Positions 1 to 6,106 of a stretch of DNA of 24,680 nucleotides are shown here, one piece after another. Position numbers and translations under genes: made by a program. Below the pieces are notes generated by a model. It saw only the letters and a program-made list of their open reading frames with translations, was not told where the DNA came from and did no database searches. This DNA comes from a virus (lineage: Duplodnaviria; Caudoviricetes). Position 1 is the stretch's first letter. Every line of letters starts with the position of its first letter. Location of the stretch: IMG/VR virus record IMGVR_UViG_3300033076_000287, positions 1 through 24,680 of that record, one strand, 5' to 3'.

Positions 1-84
1 CCAGCTATCGCCAGAGAATACGGGCTGCATGTCCGCACGATTGAGAAAGTGCTGGCCTATGAAACTTGGGCGCATGTCAGGTGA
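1..84 (+). CDS. 3' end of an upstream gene with a C-terminal HTH-like segment (partial)
   Basis: Frame 1 reads PAIAREYGLHVRTIEKVLAYETWAHVR, stop TGA at 82-84. IAREYG-x-x-x-RTI resembles an HTH, as often seen at the C-terminus of phage HNH proteins. Confidence 0.6.
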   Translation, partial: PAIAREYGLHVRTIEKVLAYETWAHVR

Positions 85-87
85 ACA

Positions 88-885
88 ATGAATGAACTCT
101 CCCTCTTTACAGGCGCAGGCGGCGGGTTGCTCGGAACCAAGTTGCTCGGCTTCCGACACATCGGCTACGTTGAATGGGACGGCTACTGCCAGCAAGTCAT
201 TGCGCAAAGGATCAAGGACGGCTACCTTGACGAAGCCCCGATATTCGGGGATATCCGTCAGTTCGTTCAGTCCGGTGCAGCTCAACAGTACCGAGGATTT
301 GCGGACGTGGTTAGTGGGGGCTTTCCCTGCCAAGACATCAGCGTCGCCGGGAAAGGCGCAGGAATCACAGGTTCCCGCTCCGGCATGTGGTCTGTCATGG
401 CAGACATCGTTGGCGAAGTTCGACCCCGATACGTCCTCGTGGAAAACAGCCCAGCTCTCCTTACTCGGGGACTCGGAGTTGTCCTCAGTGACTTGGCCGC
501 GCTCGGGTATGACTGCCGATGGACAATGCTGGGAGCTGCCGATGTCGGCGCTCCGCATCAGCGTGATCGATTTTGGCTTGTGGCCCACGCCCACGGTATG
601 CGGGAACTACAACCGGAAGGGCGCGAGCGCAACGAGTGGAGACGGGCTTGCAACAGCGGTGAAGAAATGTCCAACGCCAACCGCCCACAACGCCAAAGAG
701 ACGAACGCCCCCAGCGAGGCTTTAAGGAATACGGCAACGCTTGCAGCTCAGGCCGGTGGCCCCCTGAACCCGCCGTGGGTCGAATGGCTCATGGGGTGGC
801 CCATCGGATGGACCGACTTAGAGCCATTGGAAACGGCCAGGTTCCACGAGTGGTTGCTAGCGCATGGCGGGAACTCAGCCAATGA
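88..885 (+). CDS. DNA cytosine-C5 methyltransferase, catalytic (alpha) chain
   Basis: Motif I LFTGAGG, IV GGFPCQDIS, VI ENS, VIII QRDRFW and X IGNGQVP are present. No recognisable motif IX in this frame. Confidence 0.95.
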   Translation: MNELSLFTGAGGGLLGTKLLGFRHIGYVEWDGYCQQVIAQRIKDGYLDEAPIFGDIRQFVQSGAAQQYRGFADVVSGGFPCQDISVAGKGAGITGSRSGMWSVMADIVGEVRPRYVLVENSPALLTRGLGVVLSDLAALGYDCRWTMLGAADVGAPHQRDRFWLVAHAHGMRELQPEGRERNEWRRACNSGEEMSNANRPQRQRDERPQRGFKEYGNACSSGRWPPEPAVGRMAHGVAHRMDRLRAIGNGQVPRVVASAWRELSQ

Positions 886-901
886 ACTGGACCAAGGTTG
901 A
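92..901 (+). CDS. Overlapping +1-frame ORF, putative methyltransferase beta chain (motif IX plus candidate TRD)
   Basis: Stop-free 269-codon frame. ATG lies 4 nt after the MTase ATG (ATGAATG). Contains LNPPWVEWLMGWPIGWT (motif IX-like) and WPTP/CPTP repeats. The true start could be internal. Confidence 0.75.
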   Translation: MNSPSLQAQAAGCSEPSCSASDTSATLNGTATASKSLRKGSRTATLTKPRYSGISVSSFSPVQLNSTEDLRTWLVGAFPAKTSASPGKAQESQVPAPACGLSWQTSLAKFDPDTSSWKTAQLSLLGDSELSSVTWPRSGMTADGQCWELPMSALRISVIDFGLWPTPTVCGNYNRKGASATSGDGLATAVKKCPTPTAHNAKETNAPSEALRNTATLAAQAGGPLNPPWVEWLMGWPIGWTDLEPLETARFHEWLLAHGGNSANELDQG

Positions 902-1091
902 CGCCTACTGCATCCGCTCCGGCGAATACACCATCGCCAAGTGCATGCACCGTGACGGCTGGCGCTATGAGCCGCAGTATCAAAAGGACTTCATCTGCTC
1001 GATCCGGGATTTCCCGGTGACGGCAGATGAGGCGAAGAAGGTTTGTGAGGATCACGCAAAGCGGTTGACCGCACAGACTGAATCGGTATGA
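882..1091 (+). CDS. Small hypothetical phage protein (69 aa)
   Basis: ATG 882 overlaps the MTase stop (ATGA); MNWTKVDAYCIRSGEYTIAK... Confidence 0.7.
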   Translation: MNWTKVDAYCIRSGEYTIAKCMHRDGWRYEPQYQKDFICSIRDFPVTADEAKKVCEDHAKRLTAQTESV

Positions 1092-1097
1092 TGTGAG

Positions 1098-1235
1098 TGC
1101 CGGATAGGAGTCAGACCCGTTTCCGGCAATACGCAGAGGCAAGCCCGTTTTGGGCATTGCCTGCCAGCTACCCGGTTTCCTCTGCGCCGGTTGCTGGGTC
1201 TGAACAGACAATGCGCCAAAGCGGGCTTTTTTGTT
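1098..1235 (+). promoter_or_regulatory. Structured RNA leader with alternative pairings (attenuator/antisense-type switch)
   Basis: Hairpin TGCCGGA 1098-1104 / TCCGGCA 1122-1128. Long stem 1141-1163 / 1205-1228. TCAGACCC 1111-1118 is complementary to 1196-1203. CGCAGAGG 1132-1139 is complementary to 1179-1186. Confidence 0.7.
1141..1235 (+). terminator. Intrinsic terminator-like long hairpin plus U tract upstream of the initiator gene
   Basis: AAGCCCGTTTTGGGCATTGCCTG pairs with CAGACAATGCGCCAAAGCGGGCTT; the right arm runs into TTTTTTGTT (1227-1235). Confidence 0.6.
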
Positions 1236-1245
1236 GGAGTGGTGT

Positions 1246-1992
1246 ATGCACTACTACAAACGGCATATCGGCGATTACATCAAAGATACGTCGCACCTTT
1301 CGCTGCTAGAGCATGGCATTTATGCGCGACTTCTTGACGTGTACTACACGCTAGAAGGTCCGATCCCTGATGACCAAGTGGCACGTCTTATCGGGGCCAG
1401 ATCGCCGGAGGAAGGCGTAGCCATGCACATCCTTCTGCGCGAATTCTTTACTTTTGAGGATGGTTGCTGGCGTCAGGCTCGTTGCGATGCCGAATTGGCA
1501 AAGTACGACGAGAAATCGGACAAGGCCAAAAAGTCTGCGGTCGCACGCTGGAAATCATGCGAACGCAATGCGAACGCATTGCCAACGCATAGCGAAGGCA
1601 ATGCGGATGCGATGCTAACCAATAACCAAGAACCAATAACCAATAAGAAGCTAAAAGATAAGGCGCCCAAGGGCGCTGCCAACTTGGTCAGTGTGACGGT
1701 TGCCGAGTTGCAGGAGCTTGGCGTGCTGGAGGATGTTGCCAACGAATTCTTGGCACTTCGGAAATCTAAGAAAGCGACGCTCACTAAGATTGCTCTTGAT
1801 GGGATCGCAAAAGAAGCGACGACGGCTGGCCTTTCGCTTAACGATGCTTTGCGGATGTGCATCGTTCGAGGGTGGCGAGGATTTATGGCGGAATGGACAG
1901 CCGGCAAACAAGTCAACGGCACCACGCCCAAAGCCACTCGCCTGCCACGCGACTTCCGAACCCTAACTTACGAGGATTTCGGTCGCCAATGA
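1246..1992 (+). CDS. Phage replication initiator, YdaU/DUF1376-like N-terminus
   Basis: MHYYKRHIGDYIKDTSHLSLLEHGIYARLLDVYY matches the DUF1376 pattern. GGAG at 1236-1239 precedes ATG 1246. Internal iterons; followed by a DnaC-like gene. Confidence 0.85.
   Translation: MHYYKRHIGDYIKDTSHLSLLEHGIYARLLDVYYTLEGPIPDDQVARLIGARSPEEGVAMHILLREFFTFEDGCWRQARCDAELAKYDEKSDKAKKSAVARWKSCERNANALPTHSEGNADAMLTNNQEPITNKKLKDKAPKGAANLVSVTVAELQELGVLEDVANEFLALRKSKKATLTKIALDGIAKEATTAGLSLNDALRMCIVRGWRGFMAEWTAGKQVNGTTPKATRLPRDFRTLTYEDFGRQ
1557..1650. repeat. Putative replication origin: 11-bp iterons plus A-rich 7-bp repeats
   Basis: ATGCGAACGCA x2 (1557, 1568), TTGCCAACGCA, TAGCGAAGGCA, ATGCGGATGCG; then TAACCAA/GAACCAA x4 (1616-1643). 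Lies in the initiator linker region, as in lambda O. Confidence 0.8.
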
Positions 1993-2642
1993 ACATGCCG
2001 CCACACATCAAGCCAATGGACCGGGAAGCCTTCATGGCCCTGCGCGCTAAGGAGCGAGCCGAGCAGATAGCCGAGCATCTGAAACTCGGCAAACAAGCGC
2101 GCCGGATTTTCTGCGACATGCCGGCCAAATACGCCGATGCGAACCTTGCCAACGCCATCGAGGAACCGGAGAAGGCCCGCAAAGCCGTCAACAAGGCCCG
2201 CCAATGGGCTTCTAAGCCTGCGGCGACACTTTGCCTCGTCGGGAACCCCGGAACGGGCAAGACGTGGCTCATTTGCGCCATTCTGAACGAGTTGCTGAAT
2301 CGGGACATGGCGCCGGTCTACATGACCGCTGCCGGCATGGTCCGAAAGATTCGCGGGTCATGGGCGCGTGACGCCGAGCTGACCGAGGCCCAAGTCATTG
2401 GCCGGATCGTCGGCTATGAGGTGCTGGCGATTGACGAGCTAGGCGGAGGGAATGGAACCGAGAACGAACGGACCATCATTTCGGAAATCATCTGCGCAAG
2501 ACTGGCGGATGACCGCCCGACGATCATTGCGACCAACCTGAACAAAGACGGGATCATTGCGGCGACCGACGAGCGGGTATTAGATCGGCTGCGGGATGGA
2601 GTTATTGCGGTTTGCGATTGGGAATCACGGAGAGGAAAATGA
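1989..2642 (+). CDS. DnaC/IstB-like AAA+ ATPase (helicase loader)
   Basis: Walker A GNPGTGKT, Walker B LAIDELG, PTIIATN, RVLDRL, WESRR. ATG 1989 overlaps the initiator stop (ATGA). Confidence 0.9.
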   Translation: MNMPPHIKPMDREAFMALRAKERAEQIAEHLKLGKQARRIFCDMPAKYADANLANAIEEPEKARKAVNKARQWASKPAATLCLVGNPGTGKTWLICAILNELLNRDMAPVYMTAAGMVRKIRGSWARDAELTEAQVIGRIVGYEVLAIDELGGGNGTENERTIISEIICARLADDRPTIIATNLNKDGIIAATDERVLDRLRDGVIAVCDWESRRGK

Positions 2643-2809
2643 GAGAACGCGATATAATCCCTATATTGGACCGAGTATCAGACGAGGCCCGAACCGTTAA
2701 ACGGCATTTGCGGAAATTGGAGCAATTGCACAGGGATATGGGCGAGAATGAAAAGGCGGATGGGTATTTATTGAAGCAACTGGAAATGGAGGGGGCGACC
2801 CATGCGTGA
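2639..2809 (+). CDS. Small hypothetical protein (56 aa)
   Basis: ATGA overlap with the loader stop; GAGG upstream; MRERDIIPILDRVS... Confidence 0.6.
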   Translation: MRERDIIPILDRVSDEARTVKRHLRKLEQLHRDMGENEKADGYLLKQLEMEGATHA

Positions 2810-3029
2810 CAAATCACTAAAATTCAAACGGCCGACTGAATCTGCCGATGTACGGCGAAAATTGCTGCGTAAATACATCAAAGACGCTTGCAAGGTGGAA
2901 TTTATTGTTTGGGCTGAAAATACTAGCTTAGACATACTTGGAATACATGGCGGAGAGCCAGTGTTTAGGCCTGCAATCTGCGCTTGGGAGGCATGGAAAG
3001 CGTGTTGGTCAGCAAGGAAGGGGCTGTAA
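2802..3029 (+). CDS. Small hypothetical protein (75 aa)
   Basis: GGAGG upstream; overlaps both neighbours; C-terminal AWEAWKACW motif typical of small phage proteins. Confidence 0.65.
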   Translation: MRDKSLKFKRPTESADVRRKLLRKYIKDACKVEFIVWAENTSLDILGIHGGEPVFRPAICAWEAWKACWSARKGL

Positions 3030-3451
3030 TGGTTCGCATAGGTCTCGATCCCGGCACCAACACCGGCCTAGCCGTTTACGACAGCGAATCCAAGCGCCTA
3101 ACCTGCGTGGAAACGCTCAAGATTCACCAAGCGATGGACTTCATTCGGGACCGCTGGAATGCAGGCGGCGTGATGATGGTCACGTTTGAGGATGCGCGCC
3201 TAGTCGGGGGTGGTGGATTCATGCGTGACCGGAAGTCGGCGATGGCGCGGAGTCAGGGCGCAGGCAGCGTGAAGCGGGATTGCTCGATATGGGCGGACTT
3301 CCTCGCCGACCTCGGATGCCCTTACCACACTGTCAGCCCGAGACAGAAGGGCACGAAGCTGGACGCGGAGCCATTCGCCAAACTGACGGGATGGACGGGC
3401 CGCACTAGCCAACACGCTAGGGACGCGGCTATGCTGGTATTTGGAAAGTAA
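3029..3451 (+). CDS. RuvC-like (RNase H fold) Holliday junction resolvase/nuclease
   Basis: N-terminal IGLDPGTNTGLAV, central E (TFED), C-terminal HARDAA. TAATG overlap at the start. Confidence 0.8.
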   Translation: MVRIGLDPGTNTGLAVYDSESKRLTCVETLKIHQAMDFIRDRWNAGGVMMVTFEDARLVGGGGFMRDRKSAMARSQGAGSVKRDCSIWADFLADLGCPYHTVSPRQKGTKLDAEPFAKLTGWTGRTSQHARDAAMLVFGK

Positions 3452-3463
3452 CCGGAGAAACTC

Positions 3464-3544
3464 ATGAAAACCAAGCCCATGAAGTCAGGCGGCAAGACGA
3501 AACCCGGCAAGAAGAAGTGCATTGATGTCGGGCCGAAGTACTAG
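3464..3544 (+). CDS. Lysine-rich micro-protein (26 aa), not in the ORF track
   Basis: GGAG at 3454-3457; MKTKPMKSGGKTKPGKKKCIDVGPKY, TAG. Fills the intergenic gap. Confidence 0.6.
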   Translation: MKTKPMKSGGKTKPGKKKCIDVGPKY

Positions 3545-3553
3545 GAGCCAGCC

Positions 3554-3691
3554 ATGCCACTGAAGAAAGGCTATTCAGCCAAGACCGTCAGCAAGAACAT
3601 CAAGACATTGGTCCAGAAGGAAAACAAGCCGCAGAAGCAGGCGGTGGCGATTGCACTGAGTGTGGCCAAGAAGGCAAAGGGCAAGAAATGA
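3554..3691 (+). CDS. Small basic phage protein (45 aa), not in the ORF track
   Basis: AGGAG upstream; [49 protein letters not shown] overlap with the next gene. The MPLKKG...KQAVAIAL pattern is familiar from environmental phages. Confidence 0.8.
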   Translation: MPLKKGYSAKTVSKNIKTLVQKENKPQKQAVAIALSVAKKAKGKK

Positions 3692-3936
3692 AGCCCGCGC
3701 AAGGCAAGGCTAGGGTCAAAGTAACCGCCAGCGGTAAAAAGGTGAGTTACGGTCAGGCCGGAAACGCATCCGATGGTGGCCCGCGAGTAAGGCCGGGAAC
3801 GAGCAAGGGCGATGCCTATTGCGCCCGATCTGCCGGTCAGATGAAAGATCACCCGAAAGCCGCTGCCAATCCGAATAGCCCATTACGCTTGAGCCGGAAG
3901 GCTTGGAAGTGCAAGGGAACCAAGAGCGGGAAATGA
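3688..3936 (+). CDS. Small basic phage protein (82 aa)
   Basis: K/R-rich; [15 protein letters not shown] and RKAWKC motifs; ATGA overlaps at both ends. Confidence 0.8.
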   Translation: MKPAQGKARVKVTASGKKVSYGQAGNASDGGPRVRPGTSKGDAYCARSAGQMKDHPKAAANPNSPLRLSRKAWKCKGTKSGK

Positions 3937-4010
3937 GCTTCTTAGCCGAATGCGTTCTTTGGTGGGCATTGTTTCAGGTGCTATGGCGCCTGGACGGGAC
4001 GATCAAATAG
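3933..4010 (+). CDS. Hydrophobic micro-peptide (25 aa), not in the ORF track
   Basis: ATGA-coupled start; [25 protein letters not shown]. Confidence 0.5.
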   Translation: MSFLAECVLWWALFQVLWRLDGTIK

Positions 4011-4012
4011 CC

Positions 4013-4081
4013 ATGTTTACCGTATTGATGTGGGGCGCGTTCTTTTGGTTTGTGTTCAAGGTTGCAGAGGGGAAAATATGA
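4013..4081 (+). CDS. Hydrophobic micro-peptide (22 aa), not in the ORF track
   Basis: Starts 2 nt after the previous stop; MFTVLMWGAFFWFVFKVAEGKI; its stop overlaps the next ATG (ATGA). Confidence 0.5.
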   Translation: MFTVLMWGAFFWFVFKVAEGKI

Positions 4082-4320
4082 TGACAGAAGAAGAAATCAT
4101 CAAAGAGGCAAGGGCGTGGAATCGCAAGCGGATAAAGGCGCTGCTGGCATTTCATAGCGGCGACAGCGTTGCTGAAAAATATGGGTACACGCCAAAGAAT
4201 CGGTTTACGGAACAAGACGAGGCCGAGTTCTGGCGCATCATGGATGCAATGGACAGGCTGGAAGATATGCGGTTGCTGGAAAAACGACGGCAAGCATTCG
4301 ACTTGTGTGAGACCGGCTAA
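4078..4320 (+). CDS. Hypothetical protein (80 aa)
   Basis: GAGGGG upstream of ATG 4078 (MMTEEEIIKEAR...); helical, charged sequence. Confidence 0.65.
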   Translation: MMTEEEIIKEARAWNRKRIKALLAFHSGDSVAEKYGYTPKNRFTEQDEAEFWRIMDAMDRLEDMRLLEKRRQAFDLCETG

Positions 4321-4376
4321 AAGCGCATTATTCAGTGAACGAGTGTTTTCTAACATCAACCTGTTAGACAAGAATC

Positions 4377-4700
4377 ATGGCCGCTGCGAAAGGTAATCAA
4401 TACGCTGCAAAGGAACGCATCTGGCGAACCGCCATTGATAAGGCGCTTGAAGAGCGCGGCGGAGAGCTAGGGCGAATGGGCGCTTTGAAGGAATTGGCGC
4501 ACAAACTGCTTGATCGTGTTGCCGAGGGTGACATGACGGCGCTCAAAGAATTTGGAGACCGCATGGATGGCAAGACTAGCCAGCAGGTTGAGTTGACCGG
4601 AGCCAATGGAGGCCCGGTAATGATCGCGGACCCCAGCAAACTAACGGATGAGCAACTTGCTGCCATCGCAACAGGAAGCGGCGCGGGAACTGCTGAATAG
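4377..4700 (+). CDS. terS: Terminase small subunit (putative)
   Basis: Immediately upstream of, and overlapping, TerL; N-terminal KGNQYA and C-terminal DRMDGK...VELTGANGGPV are typical of TerS-like proteins. Confidence 0.7.
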   Translation: MAAAKGNQYAAKERIWRTAIDKALEERGGELGRMGALKELAHKLLDRVAEGDMTALKEFGDRMDGKTSQQVELTGANGGPVMIADPSKLTDEQLAAIATGSGAGTAE

Positions 4701-6069
4701 GCGTGGCGCCCGCGTCAAGATGGCCGCATACATCGGCTACTTGGACGCTGGCGTAGTTCCCGACCTGCACCACCGCCTGCTGATTGAAAAGTTAGAAGCC
4801 GTTGAGCGGGGCGAAATTGAGCGCCTGATGGTCTGTATGCCCCCAGGTTCGGCCAAGTCCACCTATTGCTCCATCCTGTTCCCGCCTTGGTATCTCGGGC
4901 GGAACCCTAAGAACAGCGTCATTGCTGCTAGCCACACGCAGGAACTGGCCGAACGATTCGGGCGCCGCGTGCGCAATATCGTCTCAGGTGATGCTCATGC
5001 CGCCGTGTTCGGTTCCGGCCTTGCTCCAGACAGTCAGGCGGCTGGACGTTGGGAGACGGCTCAGGGCGGCGAATACTTCGCGGCAGGCGTAGGCGGTTCG
5101 ATAACTGGCCGGCGCGCTGACCTTGGCCTGATTGACGATCCGGTCAAGAGCCGAGAGGATGCAGACAGCGAGCGGAGCCGAGAGAAAGCCTGGGATTGGT
5201 ACGTCAATGACTTCCTGACCCGACTCAAGCCCGGAGCGCGTCAGATCATCGTTATGACCCGATGGCATGAGGACGATCTAGGCGGGCGCATCTTGGCCCG
5301 TGAGCGTGACCGCTGGCATCTGCTAGAGCTGCCGATGGAGGCCATGCCAAACGATCCGCTTGGCCGGAAGCCGGGGGAGCGCCTTTGGCCGAACTGGTTC
5401 ACCGACGACATGGTGCAGACCGCCAAGCGTGACCGGCGAGCCTGGAATGCCCTGTATCAGCAGACGCCGGCCAGCGATTCGGGCGATTACTTCAAGGTCG
5501 AATGGTTCCCCGAATACGATGTGCTGCCCAAGAACCTGCGCATCATCGGCGCCAGTGACTACGCGGTGACGGATGGCGGCGGCGACTACACCGAGCATGG
5601 GATTGGCGGCGTGGACGAGGCCGGGAACCTTTACCTGCTCGATTGGTGGCGCGGCCAGACGACAACGGACGTGTGGATTGACCGTCAATGCGACATGATC
5701 GTCAGCCACTCGCCTAACCTATGGGTTGGTGAAGCCGGACCGATTCGCAGGGCAATCGAGCCGTATATGCAGCGCCGAATGAACGAGCGGAGCGCCATTT
5801 GCCGGATGGAATGGCTGGCAAGTGTCAATGACAAGGCGTCTCGCGCCCGAAGCATTCAGGCCATGATGAGCATGGGCAAGGTATTTTGGCCGAAGAATGC
5901 CGGATGGAAGTCCGAATTGCAGGGACAGTTACTGCGATTCCCGGCCGGAAAATACGATGACGGCGTGGACGTAATGAGTTTGATGGCGCGCGGGCTTCAA
6001 ATGCTGGGATCGACCCGAAAGCCATTGACAAACTATCAGCCAATCCCGATGGTTTCCCACTTCCGATAA
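4648..6069 (+). CDS. terL: Terminase large subunit
   Basis: Walker A-like MPPGSAKST, Walker B LIDDP, coupling motif IVMTRW, nuclease acidic residues ASD and GKYDDGVD. Confidence 0.95.
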   Translation: MSNLLPSQQEAARELLNRRGARVKMAAYIGYLDAGVVPDLHHRLLIEKLEAVERGEIERLMVCMPPGSAKSTYCSILFPPWYLGRNPKNSVIAASHTQELAERFGRRVRNIVSGDAHAAVFGSGLAPDSQAAGRWETAQGGEYFAAGVGGSITGRRADLGLIDDPVKSREDADSERSREKAWDWYVNDFLTRLKPGARQIIVMTRWHEDDLGGRILARERDRWHLLELPMEAMPNDPLGRKPGERLWPNWFTDDMVQTAKRDRRAWNALYQQTPASDSGDYFKVEWFPEYDVLPKNLRIIGASDYAVTDGGGDYTEHGIGGVDEAGNLYLLDWWRGQTTTDVWIDRQCDMIVSHSPNLWVGEAGPIRRAIEPYMQRRMNERSAICRMEWLASVNDKASRARSIQAMMSMGKVFWPKNAGWKSELQGQLLRFPAGKYDDGVDVMSLMARGLQMLGSTRKPLTNYQPIPMVSHFR

Positions 6070-6106
6070 CTTTTGGCTATCATGTAGCCAGAAACCGGAG
6101 CCTGAA

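Noticed and set aside
1097-1309. 70-aa ORF across the leader
   Set aside because: No protein-like features; it runs through the RNA structure and into the initiator. A short leader peptide cannot be fully excluded.
1557-1650. CRISPR-like array
   Set aside because: Units are 7-11 bp with no spacers; fits iterons.
1857-1988. N-terminal extension of the DnaC-like ORF given in the track
   Set aside because: Overlaps the initiator; the ATGA-coupled start at 1989 is more plausible. The same reasoning moved the starts to 882, 1246, 2639, 3029, 4078, 8197, 10363 and 15837.
6025-6053. TTGACA as a sigma70 promoter for the portal gene
   Set aside because: No acceptable -10 box at 16-18 nt spacing.
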